DNA of 13,938 bases from a bacterium. Lineage in GTDB: Bacteria > Sysuimicrobiota > Sysuimicrobiia > Sysuimicrobiales > Humicultoraceae. How positions within the stretch are numbered: the stretch's first letter is position 1; each line of letters opens with the position of its first letter. A program made the translations under genes and the position numbers. The stretch lies in the NCBI GenBank assembly GCA_041497675.1, contig JBGQGY010000099.1:1-13938 (forward strand). The letters are read 5' to 3'. Positions 7,590-13,938 of this stretch are shown piece by piece. The notes below the pieces were generated by a model. That model had not been told where the DNA came from. It ran no database searches and saw only the letters and a program-made list of their open reading frames with translations.

Positions 7590-8838
7590 TGCGCAACACC
7601 TCCGCAGGACGGATCTGCGCGATCCGCCCCGGCAGCCACAGCCCCACCAGCGACGCGCCCGCAGCCGCCAGCACCACCGCCCACACGAGCAGCCCCGGTG
7701 TCAGATGTGCGGGGAACAGAATTGTCACCGCGACTGCGCGGGCCCCGCCAGGCAAGAAGTGTGGCGACGGGGCGAGCTCCCAGGGGACCGGGATGGTCAC
7801 GGTCGAGAGACGCATCACGCCAATCGCCGCCGCCGCCAGCACCACACCGATCAGTGCGCCAGCCAGCGCGAGGGCCACCGCCTCGCTCCAAAGCTGGACC
7901 ATCACATCCTGCCGCCGCCAGCCCACCGCGCGCATGATTGCGAGGTCGCGCCGGCGCTCCCAGACGCTCGCCGCGAGCACGCGTAGCAGCAGCGCCACCG
8001 CAAACAGAAAGGCGATCCCTCCGACGAGCCATCCAAACCGGTCGATCAAGGCGAACAGCGCGCCCAACTGCGCGGCAAAGGACTGCGGCGAGGACACAAT
8101 CGCCTTGGCGCCGAGAATCTGCTTCACACGCGCGCTCACCTGTTCAGTTTGCGTTTGGTCCGTCCTGATGAACAGCAGGTTCGCATCATCGGGGCGAATC
8201 GGAAAGAGAGACCGCACCTGGGGCGCTTCGTTCATCAGCGTGCGGGCGTCCGTAAGCGAGATGTACACGTTGGCGTTCGCCAACTGGCCTGTACGCGACG
8301 TGTCCGCCAGCCCCACGACCGCAAAGGGACGGCCCCCAAGCATTACCGTACCGCCCAGCGTTATCCGATTCTGCTGCGCGTAGGTCGCGTCGACAATCGT
8401 TGCCCCACGCTCGTCCGGCTGCAGGAAGCGCCCGGCCGTGATGGCCGCTCCGAGGCGGCCTGGGCCGAAGGTGTCGGATGGGTTGAATCCGAGTCCCGCG
8501 ACAAAGCCGTATGGTTCGAAATCCCAGAAGAAGATCACCTGCGCGATGGCCTGCACGCTCGGCAGGCGGCGGATCTCAGCGACGTCATTCTGGTGAATCG
8601 GCGCCACCGAATGCGGGAAGACGATCCCCGCGAACTTGTCAGGGACGTCTCCCTGGCGCGAAGCAGTGAGGTCCGCCCCCATCTCGGTCAAGGGCGCGCG
8701 GGCCGCGTGCCGGTACCCGTCCGCATACGCCTGGAGACTCAGAAACAGCGCGATGCCAATTGCGATGCTGAGCACGCTCGCAAGTGTCCGTGAGGGACGA
8801 TAACGCAACGCGGTAGTGAGATAGTGCAGCGATATCAT
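7582..8838 (-). CDS. Second ABC transporter permease, MacB/FtsX/LolC-E family
   Basis: RPSRT..SIAIGIAL TM, ITAGRFL, VWERRRDLAIMRAVGW and C-terminal IRPAEVLRSE. Overlaps the ATPase start by 8 nt. Confidence 0.93.
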   Translation of the reverse strand: MISLHYLTTALRYRPSRTLASVLSIAIGIALFLSLQAYADGYRHAARAPLTEMGADLTASRQGDVPDKFAGIVFPHSVAPIHQNDVAEIRRLPSVQAIAQVIFFWDFEPYGFVAGLGFNPSDTFGPGRLGAAITAGRFLQPDERGATIVDATYAQQNRITLGGTVMLGGRPFAVVGLADTSRTGQLANANVYISLTDARTLMNEAPQVRSLFPIRPDDANLLFIRTDQTQTEQVSARVKQILGAKAIVSSPQSFAAQLGALFALIDRFGWLVGGIAFLFAVALLLRVLAASVWERRRDLAIMRAVGWRRQDVMVQLWSEAVALALAGALIGVVLAAAAIGVMRLSTVTIPVPWELAPSPHFLPGGARAVAVTILFPAHLTPGLLVWAVVLAAAGASLVGLWLPGRIAQIRPAEVLRSE

Positions 8839-8976
8839 TCAGTCTCCGCCGAAGCCGCCCACTAAGAGGCGCACATCTCCTTGTTCACCCTCGATGAGGA
8901 TACGCGGGCTGCGTGAACGCCGCGCCGCCCTCAGAGTAGCAGTCGTCCCCCCACGAAGACCATCAGGTGCGGGCTT

Positions 8977-9158
8977 GACCTCACGCGAGATGAGGCGGCA
9001 CCCAGCAGCGGGAGGAGAGTTCTTCGCTAGGCTACGCTGACGTGCGTCGACATACAGACACCGAGTGTATCGCCCCGGCGTCCGCATACCCAAAGCGAAG
9101 ACTCTTGGCAGCCGGTCATCGTGAATGGTCGGACAATTGCGGCGCGAGCGCATTGTCC
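8977..9158. other. Non-coding long imperfect inverted repeat (8977-9130) plus an adjacent hairpin (9131-9158)
   Basis: Core AGAGT(T)CTTCGCT 9016-9028 pairs with AGCGAAGACTCT 9094-9105, with nested and flanking helices. GGACAA(T)TGCG 9131-9141 pairs with CGCATTGTCC 9149-9158. Folded by eye. Confidence 0.5.
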
Positions 9159-9336
9159 TCGCGCTGCTCGCTCAACAACTCGAGGTGCTCCACTTGTGCT
9201 TCGCGCGATCAAGGTATTTCGCGCCAACTCGTCACGACGGCGATCGCAGCGCCCGCGCACCGGAGCCCCACAGTGCCAGGCGCCGCGGACTGGTGTCTGA
9301 TGGTGGCAAGACCGTCGTTGACGACCTTGGATGAGT

Positions 9337-9382
9337 CTCCTAAGCCTCTGGTCGGGGGTTCGATTCCCTCCGGGCCCGCCAG
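9337..9382 (+). repeat. 46-bp direct repeat copy 2 (displaced tRNA-Arg 3' fragment, att site)
   Basis: Identical to 4977-5022. No acceptor 5' strand or D-arm upstream, so it is not a complete tRNA. Confidence 0.97.
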
Positions 9383-9467
9383 CTTTCGCCAGACGCATGG
9401 CTGTGGAGGCCGATTGACCCGAGTAGGGAGCCGCGGTCAGGAAGATCGTCAGCGTCTTGTGACTCAT
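9383..9467 (-). pseudogene. 5' fragment of a DsrE/DsrF-like (TusD-like) sulfur relay gene, truncated at the att repeat
   Basis: GGGAG SD, then MSHKTLTIFLTAAPYSGQSASTAMRLAKA, resembling the DsrE-family N-terminus (T-x-x-PY..A-x-R-x-A). The frame then continues into antisense tRNA sequence. Confidence 0.75.
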
Positions 9468-9518
9468 CCCACGCTCCCGGAACTCCGAGGCCTTGGACCA
9501 ACCATCAGCGCCGCCACG

Positions 9519-10766
9519 TCAAACCACCAGGGGGACACCAAGCCATTTGGCTCCCAGGGAGAGCGCCACGCGGAGGGTCTCACGGCGCGGGCCCGGTGAC
9601 GCAAGCCACCACTGCTCGAAGAGCACCTTACCCCAGTGCCATGCGCGCCCCATCCGGCGCAGTTCGACCCGCGGGCTCGGCTCGCCGAAAAAGTCTCCAA
9701 ACGCAAATCCGGCCATCGATTCGCCCGCCTCCAGCATGCAATAGCCGTGCCCCCCAAACTCGGCGGCCACAGCGGCACCGGTGATCTGCGCGACGATTCG
9801 ATGGGCGACGGTCTCAGCCTGGGCGTGGGCGAAGACGCCGGCCTTCGGAAGCATGAGCGGGACGTCGGGCTTCCACCGGCCTGGGAGCGGAATCGCGGTC
9901 ACATCGCCTATCGCGTACACACGCTCATACCGCGTGGCAAGCGTCCGCCGATCTACCATCACCCAGCCGGTCTCACCGGCCAATCCGGCCTCACGGACCA
10001 CTCGCGAACTCCGGTGTGGCGGGATGGCCACCAGGAGGTCAAACCTCGCAGGCGGCTGCCCATCAAAACGGAGTTCGCGCGCGCTCCCATCGATGGCCGT
10101 GATCTTGTGGAGCGGATGGAACACCACGCCCCGCGCGCGGAGCATCACTGTGACGGCTTCGCCGAGGACGGGCCCGGCCACGGGCATCGGCTGGGGTTCC
10201 GGGGTGTACAGGTGCACCTCGACCTTGTCGGCCAGCCTGCGCCTGCGGAAGTGGTCCGCGATGAGCATGGCGCCCTCATGCGGCGCCCCGGGGCACTTGT
10301 AGGGCAGCGCGGTTACGACGACAGCGACGTTGCCGCGCGTTTCGGGAAACGCGCGGAGAGCATCTCGGAGGCGCACCGATCCTTCCCAGGTGTAGAAGGT
10401 GTGAGCAGTCTCAGCGAGGCCAGGAAGCGCTTCCGGCGCGAGTTCAGCCCCCAGCGCGACGACCAGGTAGTCGTAGTTGACCGGGCCACGGACGGTCTCC
10501 ACGCGCCCGCCAGCCAGATCAAGCCCCACGACCTCCGCCTCCACGACCTCGACGCCTCGGCGGGCAAGGGTGCGGAGGTCACGGATGACCTGTTCAGGCT
10601 GCCGATCACCGACCATGACCCAGAGGAATGATGGCGCGAACGCGTGCCGGAGATCCTTCTCGACCAGGACCACGCGGTGCTTCGGTGGCAGGAGGCGCCG
10701 GAGCTCGTTGGCCGCGACAAGACCGCCCACGCCGCCGCCGAGGATAACGATGGTCTGCCCTATCAT
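9519..10766 (-). CDS. sqr: Sulfide:quinone oxidoreductase-like flavoprotein (type III/SqrC-like)
   Basis: Start corrected to ATG 10766 (AGGAGG SD). Motifs GGGVGG, YKCPGAPHE, VYAIGD, LPKAGVFA, GYCMLE (second redox Cys) and the amphipathic WHWGKVLFEQWWL. Confidence 0.8.
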   Translation of the reverse strand: MIGQTIVILGGGVGGLVAANELRRLLPPKHRVVLVEKDLRHAFAPSFLWVMVGDRQPEQVIRDLRTLARRGVEVVEAEVVGLDLAGGRVETVRGPVNYDYLVVALGAELAPEALPGLAETAHTFYTWEGSVRLRDALRAFPETRGNVAVVVTALPYKCPGAPHEGAMLIADHFRRRRLADKVEVHLYTPEPQPMPVAGPVLGEAVTVMLRARGVVFHPLHKITAIDGSARELRFDGQPPARFDLLVAIPPHRSSRVVREAGLAGETGWVMVDRRTLATRYERVYAIGDVTAIPLPGRWKPDVPLMLPKAGVFAHAQAETVAHRIVAQITGAAVAAEFGGHGYCMLEAGESMAGFAFGDFFGEPSPRVELRRMGRAWHWGKVLFEQWWLASPGPRRETLRVALSLGAKWLGVPLVV

Positions 10767-10817
10767 TGGTGGCCTCCTGCTGCCCAAGCGCAGCCGCCGG
10801 ACCTGAATCGAAACCAA

Positions 10818-11147
10818 CTAGGCGCGGACCACTTGGGCCAAGCGGCGCCCCTGGGCCAGACGCTCGAGCAGGACCTGCCGCATGAGGTCGCACGCCTGAG
10901 TCACTTTCGGCGAGACAAGGCGGTAGAAGACCGTTTGGCCTTCCCGCCTAGCTGTGACGATCCCCTTGGCACGCAAGACCATCAGGTGCTGTGAGACATT
11001 GGCCTTACGGATACCCAGCGCTGCAGCCAATTCCCCCACGGATCGCTCACCGTGGCGCAGGGTATCCAGGATCTCCAGCCGCTTGCCATTGCCCAGAGCC
11101 TGACAGATCTGGGCGTGCAGGTCGAAGAGCGCCCGGTCTCTCCGCAC
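10818..11147 (-). CDS. ArsR/SmtB-family transcriptional repressor
   Basis: ALGNGKRLEIL..GERSVGELA..VSQHL..LR..GIV..RREG..VFYRL; Cys15 and Cys86; AGAGGTG SD before the GTG. Confidence 0.93.
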   Translation of the reverse strand: MRRDRALFDLHAQICQALGNGKRLEILDTLRHGERSVGELAAALGIRKANVSQHLMVLRAKGIVTARREGQTVFYRLVSPKVTQACDLMRQVLLERLAQGRRLAQVVRA

Positions 11148-11180
11148 CGTTCACCTCTGCCGGTCAACTAAGTTCTTTCA

Positions 11181-11196
11181 ATTCAAAGGAATGAAT
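11181..11196. promoter_or_regulatory. Candidate ArsR operator ATTCA-N6-TGAAT (= ATTC-N8-GAAT)
   Basis: Palindrome in an AT-rich patch between the predicted promoter and the arsR start, further flanked by AGTTCT (11171-11176) / AGAACT (11200-11205). Confidence 0.7.
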
Positions 11197-11213
11197 CTCA
11201 GAACTCTACAACA

Positions 11214-11242
11214 ATTCTCAATCCTGCCGAATTACCTGTCAA
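11214..11242 (-). promoter_or_regulatory. Sigma70-type promoter for arsR-sqr-dsrE: TTGACA-N17-GAGAAT
   Basis: Perfect -35 (11242-11237), 17-nt spacer and -10 GAGAAT (11219-11214). Confidence 0.6.
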
Positions 11243-11329
11243 TCTTGATAGTTGACCCATCCCGGTCTTCTCTCACCCCACGCTGATTGACCGTTCCAAA
11301 GCTCCGATCTCCGCTGGGTATCTCCGGGA

Positions 11330-11345
11330 CTGCAAGATATTGCAG
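11330..11345. promoter_or_regulatory. Candidate LacI-family operator CTGCAA-GATA-TTGCAG
   Basis: Perfect 6-bp inverted repeat with a 4-nt spacer upstream of the LacI gene. Fits TGCAA-N4-TTGCA geometry but lacks the central CG. Confidence 0.6.
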
Positions 11346-11386
11346 GATTTTCAGGAATAAGCGGCGAATCTTTCGAAAAGATAAGC

Positions 11387-12502
11387 ATGGCTGGAAGGCC
11401 GATGTCTGCCACCACAGGCGTGACAACGAGCGAACCTCGCCCCACACTGTCGGACGTCGCGCGCCACGCCGGCGTTTCTCCTTCAACCGTGTCCCGTGTG
11501 CTCAACAACAGCGCGCCCGTACGTGAGGGTGTCCGCGCGCGCGTGGCCGCGTCCCTCGCCGCCCTCGGCTACGAGCCGCCGTCCGTACGTCCAAGCGCAT
11601 CGGGTCTGCAAGACGCCGTTGTGCTCATCATCCCCGATATCCTCAACCCGTTTTTCGCGGAAATGACGCGCGGGGTTCAGGATGAAGCTGGCACCACGGG
11701 ATGGATACCGGTCCTGCTCGATACGATGGAAGACCCGCAGAGAGAAGAGCAACTGCTGCGCACGCTCGCTAGGCAGCGGATCGGCGGCGTCATCGCGTGC
11801 GGTCCGCGTCTTCCCACCGAGCAACTCATTGCCGTCCAGGGCCGCTACAAGGTGCCGATGGTGGTGATCAATCGCAGCATCCAGCACCCGGATATCCCCT
11901 GCGTCATCGTGGATTTTGAAAACGCCACGTACCGCGCCACGCGTCACCTGCTCGACCTCAACCACACGCGTATCGCCTTCATCGCGGGGCCGACCGCGTC
12001 GGAGGCCGCACAGTCGAGGCGACGCGGCGTCGAGACGGCACTGTCAGAGGTGGGGCTGCGGCTGCGACCCGAATGGTCGGTGAGCAGCCTCCCGAACGTG
12101 AACGGCGGATTCCTGGCGATGAGCTCGCTACTGGCGCTGTCGCCGGCGGATCGGCCCACGGCGGTGATCGTCTACAACGACATCATGGCGCTGGGCGCCC
12201 TGCACGCAGCGCGCGCTCACCGCCGGCGCGTGCCCGAGGATGTCTCCGTCATCGGCTTCGATGATATCGCGATGGCGGCGCACGCCGACCCGCCGCTCAC
12301 CACTCTTGCGCAACCCAAGTACCGCATGGGGCGCCTGGCGATGCAACTCCTGCGCCGTATCATCCAGGGGCAGCCGTCACCGGGTGAGGGCTACACGCTG
12401 ATGGAGAGCCCGCTGATCGTCCGCGAGTCCACCGGACCGGCGCCCGCAGGCGACCTGAGGCCGACGATAGGACCTCAACGAAACGAGGAGGTGCACGGAT
12501 GA
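11387..12502 (+). CDS. LacI/GalR-family transcriptional regulator (start uncertain: 11387, 11402 or 11420)
   Basis: HTH PTLSDVARHAGVSPSTVSRVLN; IPDILNPFF; PEDVSVIGFDD; PPLTTLAQP; LIVRESTG. Confidence 0.95.
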   Translation: MAGRPMSATTGVTTSEPRPTLSDVARHAGVSPSTVSRVLNNSAPVREGVRARVAASLAALGYEPPSVRPSASGLQDAVVLIIPDILNPFFAEMTRGVQDEAGTTGWIPVLLDTMEDPQREEQLLRTLARQRIGGVIACGPRLPTEQLIAVQGRYKVPMVVINRSIQHPDIPCVIVDFENATYRATRHLLDLNHTRIAFIAGPTASEAAQSRRRGVETALSEVGLRLRPEWSVSSLPNVNGGFLAMSSLLALSPADRPTAVIVYNDIMALGALHAARAHRRRVPEDVSVIGFDDIAMAAHADPPLTTLAQPKYRMGRLAMQLLRRIIQGQPSPGEGYTLMESPLIVRESTGPAPAGDLRPTIGPQRNEEVHG

Positions 12503-13938
12503 GAGGCAGACCGCATCGTCTGATGATCGTCGCGATCGTGATGCTGGCGCTGGGCGTCGGCGCCTACGTGCCGGTGCCCACGCGGGCGCTGGCGCAGGGG
12601 GCCAAGTATAAGGATGCCCCCATGCTGGCCGACCTCGTCAAGGCCGGCAAGCTGCCGCCGGTGGCCCAACGACTCCCCGAAGATCCGCTGGTCGTAGAAA
12701 CGTTCGAGAGCATCGGGCAGTACGGGGGCGTGTGGCGCCGGGGGTTCCTGGGCCCCGGTGACTTCAACAACTATCACCGCATCGTCTACGACGCGCTCGT
12801 CCGCTACTCGCCGGACGGCACGAAAGTCGAGCCAAAGCTCGCCTCGGGCGTGGAGCCTTCCAAAGACTTCACCGCTTGGACCGTGAAGCTGCGCAAGGGT
12901 GCCAAGTGGTCGGACGGCAGCCCGTTTACGTCCGATGACATCATGTTCTGGTACAACGACGTGCTCCTCAACAAGGACATCACACCGGCGATTCCGACGT
13001 GGATGCGGAATCGGGATGGGTCCTCCGTGGTCGTCGAGCGGGTGGACGACTACACGTTGCGCTGGGTGTACAAGGAGCCGAACACCACGTTTCTGATGGA
13101 GCTGGCCAACAAAGATAGCGGTGACCGTCAATTCGCGGTCTTCCTACCGTCAAAATACCTCAAGCAGTTTCACGCGAAGTACGCGGACCGGACCCAGCTC
13201 GATCGCATGGCGACCGATGCCAAGTTCCGGACGTGGGTGGAACTGCTCGCGGCCAAGGCCCATCCCCCGGAAAACCCCGAACGGCCATCAATGGCGGCCT
13301 GGGTGCCGGTCACACGGGTCAGCGACCAGTTGTTCATCCTGCGCCGCAACCCGTATTACGTGGGCGTGGACAAGGCCGGCAATCAGCTCCCCTATATCGA
13401 CATGGTCCAGTTCAAGTTTTTTGCCGACGCGCAGGCCCTCAACCTGGCGGCCATCGCCGGCCAGCTTGACCAGCAAGAGCGGCACATCAACCTCCTGAAC
13501 TATCCCGTGCTCAAAGAGCACGAGCAGAAGGACCACAAGTACCGCGTTCTTCTGTGGCCGGGTTTTGGCGGGGCGGACGCCGACGTGACGTTCAACCAGA
13601 CGTACGCCAAAGATCCCGACCTCGGCAAATTGTTCGCGACCAAGGACTTCCGCATCGCGATGTCCTACGCCATCAACCGGAACGAGATCAAGGAGTCCGC
13701 GTTCCTCGGCCTCGGCGAGCCGCGCCAGCCTGTGGCTGCGCCGTGGCACCCGTATTACCCGGGCGATGCCTGGGCGAAGAAATACACCGAGTACCGGCCG
13801 GACGAAGCCAACAGGCTGCTCGACGGAATTGGTTTCAACCGGAAGGACGCCGAAGGCTTTCGCCTCTTCCCTGGCACCAACCGGCGGGTCACGGTGGAGC
13901 TCTCCGTGGTCCCGGTCTTCGGCCCCTGGCCCGACATC
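12499..13938 (+). CDS. ABC transporter solute-binding protein, family 5 (OppA/DppA-like, oligosaccharide-binding subgroup); partial, runs off the window
   Basis: Absent from the ORF track (no stop). GAGGAGG SD and ATGA overlap with the lacI stop. Signal peptide ends ALA-Q, then DAPMLADLVKAGKLPPVAQRLP..IGQYGG, LRKGAKWSDGSPFTSDD and RNPYYVGVDKAGNQLPYID. Confidence 0.93.
   Translation, partial: MRGRPHRLMIVAIVMLALGVGAYVPVPTRALAQGAKYKDAPMLADLVKAGKLPPVAQRLPEDPLVVETFESIGQYGGVWRRGFLGPGDFNNYHRIVYDALVRYSPDGTKVEPKLASGVEPSKDFTAWTVKLRKGAKWSDGSPFTSDDIMFWYNDVLLNKDITPAIPTWMRNRDGSSVVVERVDDYTLRWVYKEPNTTFLMELANKDSGDRQFAVFLPSKYLKQFHAKYADRTQLDRMATDAKFRTWVELLAAKAHPPENPERPSMAAWVPVTRVSDQLFILRRNPYYVGVDKAGNQLPYIDMVQFKFFADAQALNLAAIAGQLDQQERHINLLNYPVLKEHEQKDHKYRVLLWPGFGGADADVTFNQTYAKDPDLGKLFATKDFRIAMSYAINRNEIKESAFLGLGEPRQPVAAPWHPYYPGDAWAKKYTEYRPDEANRLLDGIGFNRKDAEGFRLFPGTNRRVTVELSVVPVFGPWPDI

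Larger units (their letters stand above)
4977..9382. mobile_element. Degraded tRNA-Arg-integrated element (genomic islet, about 4.4 kb)
   Basis: Flanking 46-bp att repeats start at the anticodon loop. An integrase remnant sits next to the tRNA, and ABC transporter cargo lies inside. Confidence 0.85.

Noticed and set aside
5149..7937. Long + strand ORFs (5149-6444, 6467-7312, 6774-7937) and similar overlapping ORFs elsewhere, e.g. 2585-3499, 9636-10631, 12475-13131
   Set aside because: They are antisense or off-frame shadows of well-supported genes in GC-rich DNA, mostly Arg/Pro/Ala-rich and without motifs.
8945..9003. TPP riboswitch resemblance on the minus strand (GGGUGC..GUGAGG..CCC..ACCUGAU..CGUGGGG)
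   Set aside because: The conserved UGAGA reads UGAGG and the P5 stem-loop is missing. An Rfam search would settle it.
8977..9130. 6S RNA, SRP RNA, retron msr-msd or integron attC as the identity of the rod
   Set aside because: The bubble is very asymmetric, there is no SRP tetraloop motif, no reverse transcriptase is in the window, and there are no RYYYAAC/GTTRRRY ends.
8839..9334. ORFs 8839-9153, 9042-9599 and 9125-9334 as genes
   Set aside because: No recognisable motifs or clear SDs, and they overlap each other and the hairpins. A small gene remnant cannot be excluded.
9337..9382. Second tRNA gene
   Set aside because: Only positions 32 to CCA are present; upstream sequence cannot form the D-arm or acceptor stem.
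10767..10817. 17-aa N-terminal extension of the SQR-like ORF in the track
   Set aside because: A strong AGGAGG SD precedes ATG 10766, and the Rossmann motif begins immediately after it.

Overview
GC-rich bacterial window with four blocks. (1) 109-4218, + strand: a CBS-GGDEF protein with an extra C-terminal domain, a beta-hydroxyacid dehydrogenase, an unannotated 29-codon ORF, a five-CBS-motif protein and a bestrophin-like membrane protein. (2) 4260-5021: an AbrB/MazE-Doc toxin-antitoxin pair with a palindromic operator, directly followed by tRNA-Arg(CCT). (3) 4977-9382: a degraded integrative element bounded by a perfect 46-bp direct repeat of the tRNA 3' half. It keeps only the C-terminal tail of a tyrosine integrase and carries a four-gene MacB/LolCDE-type ABC system (two permeases, an ATPase and a CxxC-less thioredoxin-like lipoprotein) plus a strongly self-complementary non-coding region. 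(4) 9383-13938: a minus-strand sulfur cluster (two-Cys ArsR, SQR-like flavoprotein, and a DsrE-like gene cut exactly at the att repeat), divergent from an atypical LacI regulator and a family-5 solute-binding protein that runs off the window. All family calls come from recognising motifs by eye; no searches were run.
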